A stretch of DNA of 64,000 nucleotides from NCBI RefSeq assembly GCF_964213995.1, contig NC_135804.1:33480001-33544000 (forward strand). Direction: 5' to 3'. This stretch comes from Mustelus asterias (lineage: Eukaryota). Shown one piece after another: positions 13,676 to 26,464 of the stretch (the first letter of the stretch is position 1; each line of letters starts with the position of its first letter). The notes under the pieces were generated by a model. That model made no database searches, was not told the origin of the DNA, and saw only the letters and a program-made list of their open reading frames with translations. The translations under genes and the position numbers were made by a program.

Positions 13676-15109
13676 AATCTCTTGAGAAAATATTAGGCTC
13701 CCCTGCCATTATCTGCACTACACTGACCCAGCAATAATTCTACAATTGGGAGTATAATTAAAAAACATTGAATTTTACAATATTCATACTGTTCATCTTA
13801 CTAAACAGCAAGAGAGACAGGAATAAAATGGACGTGTTTAATAGCTTAAGGTAAGAAGACAAATAGCTATGACTCCAAACAAAGTGCCTTCATGAGACAA
13901 GATAAATATAAGTGCATGAAGCAGACACATAGCGAAAGTACAAAAATTCCGCAGGTAGTTAATATGATGCGTTAAGGCATTTGATAAGGGAAATAGAAGA
14001 CAAGAGTGCCTATGGGAGAAGAATTATTCTGGTCATTATGCATTGAAATATCCTAACCATTAATTAAACATTAATTATTAAACATGTATATTTATGCATT
14101 TAGCTGAAGAAGTGTATTCCTTTTTATAACTAACAAGTGTGTGCTGATAATATTTGAAAAGAACTTTAAAATGAGAGGGACTTTGGGGGAAATTTTTAAC
14201 CTGAAGAGTGAATGGGCTGATTGAAATTGATGGTGCATTGGGAAGCAGGCAGCAACCTGCCAATTTATGCCTTTAATTCGAGCAGGTCCGAATGCGAGAA
14301 ATCCCCATGAGTAAGACAGGTTGCCAATTAGAATATATAACGTACTCAGAAAGAGCTATTTTAACAGTGGATTTGAATGTTAACTGGAGAAGCATGGGTT
14401 TCCAAGGTTTCAATGAACCATCAATAGAAACACGGAGAGAGAACTATGGAATTGGAGAGAGCTGAACAAACGACAAACAAGAAATTCTTTAAGTGCTGAG
14501 TCCTCATACCTGCTTTCTTGCCTAAGTGAAAGACGTTTGCTCAAAGTAATTGTTCTGAGGGTGGACTTTTACAATGCGAGAAAATGACTTCCGATTATTT
14601 TAAGGTCAGACCATGTTGGACCTCGGTGCATCTGATTTACCTTTTAATCAATCAAACATCAGTTCAGCATGGGTCACATTAATACAGCTTTGCCTTGATT
14701 CTCAGATGAGGAACAAGATGAGCAACAGCAGCTATATGAACATCAGGAACAGAAGCAACAGTCTCCTCAATGACCTGCCGTTCCATTGTAGAGAGGGGCT
14801 GAGCACAAAGGTGCAGTTCACAGTATGCAATACCCCCAATACAAGGTTACAGGCAGAAGATCAGTTATCTCAACATGTCAGGAAGCTCAGGGTATCATGT
14901 CAGGTGGTCACAGCCACTTGGAAGGAGAGCTGCTGCTGATGGTTCGGTTGGGCAGGCAAGATTCCCAGGGAGCTCCCATGATGCTTTCTTCCTGCACCAA
15001 TCAAGCCTAGCTGAACTCTTCAAATTCAAAGCAGAGATAGCATCTGGCTCATTGAAGACCAGGATTACTTCTGAGGACATGGCTGATGAGACCTCTTCGG
15101 AGCCCAAAC

Positions 15110-15490
15110 AATGAGGCCCGGGGAAATACAAAGCCAGATAACAGGTATTGATGAACATCATACCTAACTGCCAATGTCTCAGACACCTCCATCACCATCC
15201 CTGGGTATATCCTGTCCCACTGGCAGGGCAGACTAACTAGTGGTGGTGGCACAGTTGTATCCAGCCTTAGAAGTCCTCAACATTGACTCCAAAGCCATGA
15301 AGTCTCATGGCATCAGGTCAAACATGAAAGGGAGACCTCGTGCTGATTACCAGTACTCCTCCATGTTGAACACCATTTGGAAGAAGCACTGAGGGTGGCC
15401 AGGGTTCAGAATGTGCACTTAGTGAGGGACTTCAATATCCATCAACAAGAGTGAATCAGTTGCTCCATTACTGACCATGCTGGCCAAGTC
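15110..15490 (+). mobile_element. L2/CR1-group LINE endonuclease fragment
   Basis: Homologous to 8450-8830 (DTSITIPGYILSH..., GDFNIHQQE). Confidence 0.7.
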
Positions 15491-15683
15491 ATTGTATCTG
15501 CCTTTACTGTGGAAGACTTAGAAAATTTCCCAAAGATACTTGACAATCAAGAAGTGAAAGGGAGGAATTCAAAGCAATCAAGGTTACCAGGGAAAGTTAC
15601 TAGGAAAAATGATGAGACCTAAAAGTTGAGATGTCCCTAGGACCTGATGGCCTTCCTCCTAGGATCTAGATAAAAGTAATGTT

Positions 15684-16575
15684 TGCAGAGATTGGTTGGT
15701 GGGGTTGTGGATAGTCTGGAGGGATGTCAGAAGTTACAGAGGGACATAGATAGGATGCAAGACTGGGCGGAGAAGTGGCAGATGGACTTCAACCCAGATA
15801 AATGCGTAGTGGTCCATTTTGGCAGGTCGAATGGGATAAAGGAGTACAATATAAAGGGAAAGACTCTTAGTACGGTAGAGGATCAGAAGGACCTTGGGGT
15901 CCGGGTCCATAGGACTCTAAAATCGGCCCCGCAGGTGGAGGAGGTGGTTAAGAAGGCGTATGGTGTGCTGGCCTTTATCAGTCGAGGGATTGAGTTTAGG
16001 AGTCCGGGGATAATGATGCAGCTATATAAGACCCTCATCTGACCCCACTTGGAGTACTGTGCTCAGTTCTGGTCGCCTCATTACAGGAAGGATGTGGAAA
16101 AGATTGAAAGGGTGCAGAGGAGATTTACAAGGATGTTGCCTGGATTGAGTGGCATGCCTTATGAGGATAGGCTGAGGGTGCTCGGTCTTTTCTCCTTGGA
16201 GAGACGAAGGATGAGAGGAGACCTAATAGAGGTATATAAGATGTTGAGAGGCATAGATCGGGTGGACTCTCAGAGGCTTTTTCCCATGGTGGAAATGGCT
16301 GCTACGAGAGGACACAGATTTAAGGTGCTGGGGGGTAGGTACAGGGGAAATGTTAGGGGTAAGTTTTTCACACAGAGGGTGGTGGGCGAGTGGAATCGGC
16401 TGCTTCAGTGGTGGTGAAGGCAAACTCAATAGGGTCTTTTAAGAGACTCCTGGATGAGTGCATGGGACTTAATAGGATGGAGGGTTATAGGTAGGCCTAA
16501 AAGGATATGTTCGGCACAACTTGTGGGGCCGAAGGGCCTGTTTTGTGCTGTAGTTTTCTATGTTTCTATGTTTCT
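15684..16575 (+). mobile_element. Young 5'-truncated CR1 LINE inside an older CR1
   Basis: ORFs 15683-16042 and 16049-16417 give the CR1 RT C-terminus (WQMDFNPDKC, EYCAQFWSPHYRKD); (TTTCTATG)n tail; CTAGATA repeated at both flanks. Confidence 0.92.
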
Positions 16576-17477
16576 AGATAGTAGAGACATTGGTTATAAT
16601 CTCCAAAAATTCCTTAGATTCTGGAAGAGTCCTAGTGGATTGGAAAATGGCAAATGTACCACTTTTATTATAGAAGGGAGGGAGACAGTTAGCTTAACAC
16701 GTGTCACAGGGAAATTGCTAGAATCTATTATTAAGGAGGTTATAGTAGGATGCTCAGAAAATCATACTGGAATCAAGCAACTCAACATGGTTTTGTGGAA
16801 GGAAAATCAAGGTGGAGTTAGAATTAGTGTTCTTCAAGGAAATAACAAGCAATGCGCAACTGAGCAGAGCTTGGAATGTGCTGCAGCCAAACACAGAGCC
16901 TCTACAATGCTATCCCTGTCTCCACACATGTTCCTGCTCATTTGTGATGTTTGAGACACTGGCTGGAACTCTATCACCTCGCCCGCCATGGAATCGATGC
17001 AGGCAAAGGTCCAACAATAGAAATCTCCGCTAACCTCGGGAGGGAATTTTTGGTCTTGCTCAAGCAAGCTAACTACCTGTCTGAGTGGCTTCACCAAGCT
17101 GTATGTGGTGGAGAATGTGCATGAGACAGTGCATCTCAAAGTGAGTAACCTCCTGTGAGGAATATTCATTCTCCTCCTGAACCACTTCTTGCAGGACACT
17201 TGAAGGTTCTCCACAAGAGGAAAGACATGATTTAAAATCATCAGATTAAGGTGTTACATCATCATCATGCACAGGATCACATTTGATTGACTGCTGACTT
17301 TGAGTCAGTGTGACCAAGTGTTGTGTGCCATGTGGTTGTGTGATACTTCTGTCACCGGGTAATTGGGAGACTTCCGTGTCTCCACCTCTGGTGGCCAGTA
17401 ATGCTGAGACTTGGCTTATATCCAGCATTTCCTCCTCTGCAGCTGTCCACACAAAGATAGCCAAAGGGACATTGTGG

Positions 17478-17592
17478 GTGGGACTTTCTGGCCTCGCTCG
17501 CCCCGAAACCAGAAAATCCCACCCGAGGTCAACGGACCTTTCCATGGTCCACCCCTCTGATTCCCATGGCGGGCGGAATGGTAAAATTTGCC
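17478..17592. mobile_element. Short Harbinger-type MITE
   Basis: GGGTGGGACTTTC...AAAATTTGCC imperfect terminal inverted repeats; similar small elements at 41733, 49817 and 55610. Confidence 0.5.
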
Positions 17593-17748
17593 TCTGTGTG
17601 TCTCTTCAACTCCTGGGTGTTCTGTACTCTCCTCCTAAAAGGAGGGGGGTTGGGGGAGGGGGGGAGGGGCGCGGGGGTTGCGGAGGGGATCTAGGAAACA
17701 TATGGGTGAGAGTAATGGAATATTGTGAGTGGATAAAGGGACAATGCT

Positions 17749-18090
17749 TTAGAATCATAGAATCATAGAAACCCTACAGTGCAGAAGGAGGCCATTCGGC
17801 CCATCAAGTCTGCACCGACCACAATCCCACCCAGGCCCTACCCCCACATATTTTACCCGCTAATCCCTCTAACCTACACATCTTAGGATTCTAAGGGGCA
17901 ATTTTTAACCTGGCCAATCAACCTAACCCGCACATCTTTGGACTGTGGGAGGAAACCGGAGCACCCGGAGGAAACCCACGCAGACACGAGGAGAATGTGC
18001 AAACTCCACACAGACAGTGACCCGCGTATCGAACCCGGGACCCTGGAGCTGTGAAGCAGCAGTGCTAACCACTGCGCTACCGTGCCGCCC
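17749..18090 (-). mobile_element. HE1-like V-SINE with CR1-type tail
   Basis: tRNA-derived head GGGCGGCACGGTAGCGCAGTGGTTAGCACTG, V-domain CTGTGTGGAGTTTGCACATTCTCC, (ATTCTATG)n tail. Confidence 0.9.
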
Positions 18091-18299
18091 TTTAGGAGGT
18101 TCAATATGAGGGATAGAAAATTACATTGCACTAAGCTGAGGGTGAGTAGCAGTGATGTTTCGTCAGATGGAGATGTAAGCAGGTGAATGGACATAGAGGA
18201 ATGGGTGTGCCCGCAAGGTAAGCTGATATGAGGAATGGTATGTAGAAGTGACCTTGGGAAGGCAAAGTGATGAAGGTTGATGTTCGATGCACTTGAAAC

Positions 18300-18530
18300 T
18301 GCCACTCACCTTTCCAGCCCTGATCAAGTCATTAAACCTCTTGTGGCACAGTTACCCAGGAGCACGGCACCATATTCCTGCTGCTCCCTACCAATTTCCT
18401 CTTCTCCGAGACAGGGTTCTTTCTCCTGACAGCAGGGAAAAGAATATCCCTGTGTGCCCTTGTCGCTTGCATCATCAGCTCTAGGATGGCATTAGTGAAG
18501 GAAGGCACTAACTTGCAACATTGTGCGTCT
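18300..18530 (-). pseudogene. PIF/Harbinger Myb/SANT DNA-binding gene remnant
   Basis: LELMMQATRAHRDILFP...CHKRFNDLIRAGK followed by a GTGAGT donor site. Confidence 0.7.
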
Positions 18531-20699
18531 GTTACTGAAGTTTCTTTGGCTTTGGAAACACCTGGGGAATCCCTCATGTTTTATCCTAAGTAAGGCTCCT
18601 ATCAACATTTCGGCTGAAATTGGCACACGCAGGTCAACATCATCCCCACTCGTGTTAAACTGGCCTGAAAACCAAAAGTCAGATGCAAATGAACTACAAG
18701 TCCATTGATAAATGTGCCACCAGGTTCCCTGGCTCCCACTGCCAGTGTGTCGGGAACTTAAAATCTCTTTTGTTCTGATTGTTGTCCTGAGCTTAAGAAT
18801 TTTGACTTGAATATGAAATGTAGCAATGCTGAAATTGCATACTGTCAAAGTTCATTATTTATGGTGATCCCATCAGTAACACTGCAGACCAGTAAATATG
18901 GCAGCTAAAGAGAAAGATTTACATACTGTGTTAACCCCCTCAAGAACTTAAATGTCTGCGAGCACTGACAGCAACATTCAGGATGGGCAGGTATTGTGCC
19001 GTAGTTTAAAATTGAATGATTTAATTTGATATTATTCTCATGTCTAAATGTAAGCATTCACCTTCTCAATAGGCATCTAAAATTGCCAGACTGTCATATT
19101 TCATTGTGATAATACTGCAGGACGTACAAGATTAGTTTTTTGTCTTTCAAAAAAAACGAACACAAAGTAATAATTTCCTACAAATCCAATATTCTCTAAA
19201 ATTATATTATAAAGTATCTGTTATATCTTTAAGCATTCCCATTTCCCATTTCTGCCCTTTTCAGAAGCTAAATTATGTGCATTAGTACCTAAATGAGCTA
19301 ATGCCTGCCTGTATTTAGAAGACTACATGCCATGAATATATTCCCTGCGTCAAGTAGTAATTGGTAATTACAATGGTCATTTAAGCAATCACTGTCTCTG
19401 GTAGATTCATGTCATTCTTAAAAATAACTAGCTCTTAACCTTTGACAGAATTCTTCAGAAACTGTTCATCATCGCCCACACTTTGATTAATTCACATGCA
19501 TGCAAACCTGTATCAATATAACAGGCAGTTTCAGATTTGTTAACCACAGCAATTTACCACACTCATCAAAACAATTTAATATCAGGTATGGTTGTTGTAC
19601 AAATCTCATTAATTTTATTTTATAAAATGATTGAGCACATTGTATAAATAATATGTAAAACACACACACAACAAGGGCATTTTAGACAAAGTTTGCAAGT
19701 TTGATCCTGTTACTTTGATGTGTGCAGGCTATTATGGATAGTATGGTTTGAGGTAACTATCTGTGAGAGGCGACAGACAAACATGACTATCTGTTCATAT
19801 TATCTGAGTTAATGAAATTTTGATGACATACCTCAAGCCATAGCTCTGTAAAACACCATAAAGGTAAAAAGTAGAAGGTTCAAGAGATCAAAAAAAAAAT
19901 TTCAGACATTAACCTCAGATAAATCTCATCTCATTTATAAACCTAATAACAGTGAAAGTATGTAATAACTATCCATCTTCGAAGTAAAAGGTTTTGATTA
20001 ATGCATGATTGATTTGTGCATTTTAACACACAAATGCACCTTAAAATATAAAAGTAGCTTTTATAATTGCCCAGGTTTGTATAATTAGTGGTATACCAGC
20101 ATTATGTTTCCATGTGTGACAATATCTCAGCAGCAGATTAATATGCAGTCTCAGACAATCTTAAACTAGAAAACAATTGTGCCATTAGTGGGTAAAACAA
20201 CTTTTAATCCTTCTCTGATTGGTGTCTATTGACGACTAAACTTACAGATAAGATACACACGTTTCTGAATGCAATAAAATGATCACATGTATAGGCTGCT
20301 GTTCAAAATGGAGATGATTTTGACATCCATTTCTTTGTTTGGTGTTTACACGGGGACACACAGGTAAGCTTTCATATTAAATCCATAACTCACTGATGAA
20401 CTGGGGGCAACCATTTATATTTATTATATTGTTTTCATGTAGATAGTATCACAAACGTATAGTTATGATATTATAGATTTTGTTGCAAACTGCAAATCTT
20501 TCTTTTCTATTGAACGCAAGAAGCCAGAAAGATGGATGTCAAAAAGCACCGAACTTTTACAACTGCAACGTGGTCAAGTTTCCAGAAGGCTCCAAGTGGA
20601 TTGCAAGTGGATATGTCCAGACATGTGGGTGGCATGTGGCACAATGGCTAACACTGCTGCCTCACAGCGCCAGGGACCCGGGTTCAGTTCCTTGGGCAG

Positions 20700-21207
20700 T
20701 CCCTTCCAGTCGGGGAACACTTCAGCAGTCAAGGGCATTCAGCCTCTGATCTTCGGGTAAGCCTTCTCCAAGGCGGCCTGCAAGACACACAACAACGCAG
20801 AATCACCGAGCAGAAACTGATAGTCAAGTTCCGCACGCAGGAGGATGGCCTCAACCGGGATCTTGGGTTCATGTCACACTACATGTAACCCCCACCATTT
20901 GGCCTGGGCTTGCAAAATCCTACTAAGTGTCCTGGTTTGAGACAATTCACACCTCTTTAACCTGTGATTAACCCTCTCTCCACTTGCATTTTCTGTACCT
21001 ATAAAGACTTGATTACTTGTAAGGACTCGCATTCCAACCATTATCTTGCAATTGTATGCTGTGTTTGTGAAACCACCTCTCCACTCATCTGATGAAGAAG
21101 CAGTGCTCTGATAGCTCATGATTCCAAATAAACCAGTTGGATTTTAACCTGGTGTTGTGAGACTTCTTACTATGCCCACCCCAGTCCCACACTGGCATAC
21201 CCACATC
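20700..21207 (+). mobile_element. Penelope-like element 3' end (GIY-YIG C-terminus plus pLTR with decayed hammerhead)
   Basis: LPVGEHFSSQGHSASDLRVSLLQGGLQDTQQRRITEQKLIVKFRTQEDGLNRDLGFMSHYM*; CTGATGAAGAAGCAGTGCTCTGATAG at ~21088. Confidence 0.85.
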
Positions 21208-21502
21208 GTAGTAATGAGTAGCAAAGCCACCAATGCATAACCCCAATATTTAACTTAAGAAGCAATTAAAATCTAACCTGAACACTCATAAGTCTGACAA
21301 GTTCAGGTAAGAATTATCAACAGAAAAATCGACAGAGAATAATGGCTTTTTTTTTCATTGATATGCCATGAGTCCCATATTTAGTTCAGCATTCTTACAC
21401 TCTCTATGTTTACAATATCCATTGAGACTGATAACTGTTAAAGAAATTCAAACTTCCTGTTAATAGCTGAAAAAATGAAATAAGATTTCACATTTGAACA
21501 CT

Positions 21503-21817
21503 GTGGCACTGTGGTTAGCACTGCTGCCTCACAGCGCCGAGGACCCAGGTTCAATTCCGGCCTCAAGTCACTGTCAGTGTGGAGTTTGCACTTTCTCCCC
21601 GTGCCTGCATGGATTTCCTCTGGGTGCTCCGGTTTCCTCCCACCATCCAAAAGATACGCAGGTTAGGTTGATTGGCCATGCTAAATTGAACCTAGTGTCA
21701 GGGGGATTGGCAGGGTAAATGTGTGGGGTTATGGGAATAGGGCCTGGGTGGGATTATGGCCGGTACAGACTCGATGGGCCGAATGGCCTCCTTCTGTACT
21801 GTAGGAATTCTATGATT
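21503..21817 (+). mobile_element. HE1-like V-SINE
   Basis: Same head, V-domain and tail as 17749-18090. Confidence 0.9.
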
Positions 21818-22649
21818 TTAAGACTTTTACTTTTACAAAAGACTAAAAATACTTTTGACTAAACACTACCTTTGTAAGCAACTTATAATTTAAACCACAA
21901 AACAGAGTATCCTCCCTTTTATTTTAGCACAACTAAAAACACATATCACAGATACACTATACGCAGTACTTTCAGTAAACATCCAATTCTCTCAGAACCA
22001 GTCTAAGGTGATTCTTAGTTCCTAAGGGTTTATTTCTGTTCTTTTCCTTTCTCAACCTGGAATTTTTAAATCTCAGAACTGTTTTTCACAGTGATGTTTT
22101 TACCGCTGGAGATTCTTCCTCTAATGCAATGCTAGGCGAATTGTCCAGCTTCATCTTAACTCCTCATGAATTAGATATTTACAATCCAAGCACAAGCTCC
22201 TGCCCACATTCCTGTGTGGTGAACCATAGCATCCTGCTGCCTACAGCTGCTCTCTCCTAGATTCTGGCAGAGCACATTAAGTTGTCCGTGAGTTCCCAGG
22301 TGTCATAGACCCTTCCCCTCTCAAAGCCCTCTCTTTGACAATGGAACTCACATAGGTCTTGATTCCAGGTAGAAATCCTGATTTACATTCCTGGAGACCC
22401 CAGCTCTCTTTTATCTTGGAAGTAGATGGACAGATTAAAGAACAACTGTTTACAACCTGACATTCCCAACATTTTCCTGGGGTTTTGAAGAGTCTCAGTC
22501 TTCACTGTTAGCACACAGGCTTCTGCCATTGTCTCCAAGTGTAAACACCTTGCACCTTCTTCCCAGTAAAACAACCTGGGCCCCTTTTGATCTTTAACAA
22601 CAAACAACCCAGGCTTGCTGTCAGGTAGACATCAGAACCTGCCACATCA

Positions 22650-24007
22650 CAGAATATTTCCAGTGCAGAAGGAGGCCATGCAGCCCATCGAGTCTGCACA
22701 GGTTCTCAGAGAGCATTCTACATAGTCCCACTCCCCTGCCTTAGCCCGTAGCCTTTTCAGATAGCAATCAATTTGAATACCTCGATCAAACCTGCCTCCA
22801 TCACTCTCTCAGAAAGTTCATTCCAGACTTCAACTACCCTCTGGATGAAAACATTTTTCCTCACATCATTTTTGCCAATTATTCTGAATCTGTGCCCTCT
22901 AGTTCTTGCTGCCCTGTTGAGTGGAACAGTTTCTCACTAATTACCCTGTCCATACTCCTCAAGATCTTGAATGCCTCCATTAAATTTCCTCTCAGCCTAC
23001 TTTACTCCAAGGAAAACAGTCCCAATCTCCAATCTATCCTCATAGCTACAGCTCTCTATCCCTGGAATCATTATTGTGAATCTCCTCTGTACTCTCTCAA
23101 ATGCTTTCACATCCTTTCTCAAGTATGGTGCTCAAAACTGGATGCAGTACTCCAGATGAGGCCTAAACTAGCATCTTATACAAGTTGAACATGACCTCCT
23201 TACTCTTGTACTCAGTGCCCCTCTTACTAAAGACTAAGACACTACATGCTTTTTAACTGCTCTCTTAACATGCTCTGCTATCTTCAATGACTTACATCCA
23301 TATACACTCTGTTTCTGCACCACCTTTAAAGTTACTCCCTTGATTTAATACTGTCTCTCCATACGCTTCCTGACAAAATGTATCACCCCCATACTTCTCT
23401 GCATTGAACTTCATCTTTTACTTGTCTGCCCAATCCACTAATACGCCTATGTCCTTTTTTAAATTCAAGATATCCTCATCGCAGTTGACAGCATTTCCAA
23501 TCTTTGTATTATCTATAAATTTTGAAATCATGCCCTGAACATCACAATCTAAGAAATTAATATACATCAAGAAGAACAGCGGTCCCCAAAATGACCCTTG
23601 GGGAACTCCACTGGAAACCTCCCTCAAATCAGAAAAACTATGGCGTATTGTTACTCTCTGTTTCCTGTCACGCATCTAAGTGCCTATTTTCCCTTTTATT
23701 CATGAGCTAGAATCTTGTTCACAAGTCTGGTGTGTGGCACTGTATCAAATACCTTTTGAAAATTCATATACACCACATCAACAACTACCTTCTCTGCTAC
23801 CCCCTGAAAAACTACATGAAGTTAGTTAAACATGATTTTCCCCAAATTAATCCCTGTTGACTTTCCTTAATTATCCTGCATTTGTCGAAGTGACTATTAA
23901 TTTCATCCTAAACTATAGTTTCCAGAAGGGTTCCCGACCAATAAAGTCAAACAGACTGGTCTCTAGTTGTCGGCTTTATCCTTGCACCCATTTTTGAGCA
24001 AGGGTAT
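22650..24007 (-). mobile_element. CR1 LINE (3' part; continues at 28725-29509 and 31514-31640)
   Basis: SSGVPQGSFWGPLFFLMYIN...ISKFIDNTKIG RT motif; tail at ~22655. Confidence 0.85.
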
Positions 24008-24315
24008 TGATGCGCGATTAATTCACTCGGGAGGCTGGATCGTACCCGGGAAATAAAGGCTTTTATTAGCAACAAGAATAGAGCATACTGCTTAACAATA
24101 CAATCCCAGACTAAAGGGTCACTAGGAAGTGCAGTGACCTTTATACTCCTATAGGAAGGCGGAGCCAACCGGAGTGTACCACAGAACAATACCAACAGGT
24201 GGAACACCCCAACCCTAACCCCAACAGTAACAAGAGTAACATATGTACAAATGCCCATAGTGATAACCATCTATGGTTCAGTACCCATAGTGGTAACCAT
24301 CTATGGTTCACCACA
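24008..24315 (-). repeat. 3' LTR (308 bp)
   Basis: Direct repeat of 28352-28719; contains TATAAA, AATAAA and two 30-bp units. Confidence 0.95.
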
Positions 24316-24377
24316 TTCACCCCTCCTTTAAAAACAAAGGCCGGTGGGGCAAAAAAAAGTACGAACTGTCCATATAT

Positions 24378-25500
24378 TCACAAGTTCAGTCGTATCGGAG
24401 GTCCGCACCGTCTCTGCGACCTCCGCAGCACTGGCGGTAGCGCCGGTTCTGGTGACCGTGGTGACCCTCTCTCCAAGGTGGTGTCCAGTGACTCCTCCAG
24501 TTCCTCACGGACGGGTGGACCTCGAGGTGGCGACAATCTCCTGGACTCAGGCAAGCGGTACACGGGAGTAAGAGGATTAAGTGGAGGTCCCGATACTGCC
24601 CGCGCCGTGTCAGGAGGGGAGAGAATGGGCAAAGGAACTCTAACCAGGGGTGCGGGAGCGACGGGGGTTTCCAGGTCCCCTGCAGGCGCCAGATCTCGGA
24701 TAGAGACCGTGTCCTCTCGCCCGTCAGGATATGCTACATAGGCATACTGAGGGTTGGCGTGGAGGAGATGGACCTGTTCAACCAAAGGGTCGGACTTGCG
24801 GGTCCTAACATGCCGCCGCAGGAGGACAGGTCCTGAGTACGTCAACCAAGACGGCAGTGAGGTCCCAGAGGAAGACTTCCTAGGGAAGGTAAACATCCGC
24901 TCATGTGGGGTAGCGTTGGTTGCCGTACACAGGAGGGACCGGATTGAGTGGAGCGCATCAGAAAGTACCTCTTGCCAACGGGAGACTGGAAGACCCCTAG
25001 ACCTTAACGCCAGTAAGACAGCCTTCCAGACTGTAGCATTTTCTCTTTCGACCTGCCCGTTACCCCTGGGGTTGTAACTCGTAGTCCTACTTGAGGCAAT
25101 TCCTTTAGAGAGCAGGTATTGCCTCAAGTCGTCGCTCATAAACGATGAACCCCCTATCACTGTGGATATAACTGGGGTAGCCGAACAGGGTAAAAAGACT
25201 CCGCAGGGCTTTGATGACCGTGGCTGCGGACATGTCTGAACAGGGAATGGCAAAAGGGAATCGGGAGTACTCGTCAACCACGTTGGGGAAGTACACATTC
25301 CGATCTGTCGAAGGAAGGGGGCCCTTGAAATCAACACTCAGTCGTTCAAAAGGGCGAGTGGCCTTAATGAGGTGTGCCCTGTCAGGTCGGTAGAAGTGCG
25401 GCTTGCATTCAGCACATACCTGGCAGCTTCAAGTTATCGACCTGACATCCTCTATGGAGTAGGGCAGATTCCGGGCCTTTACAAAATGGAAGAGCCGAGT
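24378..25500 (-). pseudogene. Gypsy integrase (premature stop and frameshift)
   Basis: HHCC (HNDLCHPG...CQVC), DFKGP, VDEYSRFPFA, HSDRG, GNGQVER motifs spread over several frames. Confidence 0.9.
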
Positions 25501-26388
25501 GATCCCCGGATGGCAGAGATCATTGTGGAGGGCCTGTAGCCGGTCCTCCTGCACACTGGCACAGGTTCCACGCGACAGGGCATCTGAGGGCTCATTGAGC
25601 TTCCCCGGACGGTACATGATATCATAGTTGTAGGTGGAGAGTTCGATTCTCCACCTCAAGATTTTATCATTCTTGATTTTACCCCTTAACGTGTTGTTGA
25701 ACATGAATGCCACGGACCGCTGGTCCGTGATCAGGGTAAATCGTTTTCCAGCCAAATAATGGCGCCAATGCCGGACGGCCTCCACAATGGCCTGAGCCTC
25801 TTTTTCCACAGAGGAGTGCCAAATTTCAGGGCCTTGGAGGGTGCGAGAGAAAAAGGCGACGGGCCTGCCCGCCTGGTTAAGTGTGGCGGCCAGGGCGAAA
25901 TCAGATGCATCACTCTCCACCTGGAAGGGGATGGACTCATCGACAGCGTGCATCGTGGCTTTCGCGATGTCAGCTTTTATCCCTTCAAAGGCTAAGCGAG
26001 CCTCTGCTGCCAGGGGAAAAGAGGTGGATTTTATGAGCGGACGGGCTTTGTGCGCATAATTGGGAACCCACTGTGCGTAATACGAGAAGAAGCCTAAACA
26101 TCTTCTCAGTGCTTTGATGCTAGTGGGTTGGGGAAGTTCAAGGAGGGGACGCATACGGTCTGGATCGGGGCCGATGACCCCGTTTTCCGCCACGTATCCG
26201 AGGATTGCTAGGCGGTGCTTGCTGAATACACACTTCTCCCTGTTATAGGTCAGATTCAGGTGAGACGCAGTGCGTAAAAACTTCAGGAGGATGGCGTCAT
26301 GGTCCTGCTGGTCATGGCCGCAGATAGTGACGTTGTCCAGGTACGGGAAGGTAGCCCGTAGCCCGTTTTGGTCCACCATTCGGTCCAT
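25429..26388 (-). CDS. Gypsy pol fragment: RT C-terminus and RNase H
   Basis: FPYLDNVTICG, KCVF, ILGY, ESDASDFALAA, EKEAQAIV, LITDQRS, IMYRPGKLNEPSDALSR. Confidence 0.9.
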   Translation of the reverse strand: MDRMVDQNGLRATFPYLDNVTICGHDQQDHDAILLKFLRTASHLNLTYNREKCVFSKHRLAILGYVAENGVIGPDPDRMRPLLELPQPTSIKALRRCLGFFSYYAQWVPNYAHKARPLIKSTSFPLAAEARLAFEGIKADIAKATMHAVDESIPFQVESDASDFALAATLNQAGRPVAFFSRTLQGPEIWHSSVEKEAQAIVEAVRHWRHYLAGKRFTLITDQRSVAFMFNNTLRGKIKNDKILRWRIELSTYNYDIMYRPGKLNEPSDALSRGTCASVQEDRLQALHNDLCHPGITRLFHFVKARNLPYSIEDVRSIT

Positions 26389-26464
26389 TTCACGCTGGAA
26401 GACCGAGACCCCATTAGTGACGCCAAAAGGGACCCTTAAGAAGTGGTAGAGACGGCCATCCGCC

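Noticed and set aside
22215-22229. 15-nt match TGTGGTGAACCATAG to the Gypsy LTR start
   Set aside because: Similarity does not extend and there is no TSD or second end
24199-25077. Plus-strand ORFs antisense to integrase (possible env or accessory gene)
   Set aside because: Typical shadow ORFs of GC-rich coding sequence; no signal peptide or transmembrane pattern
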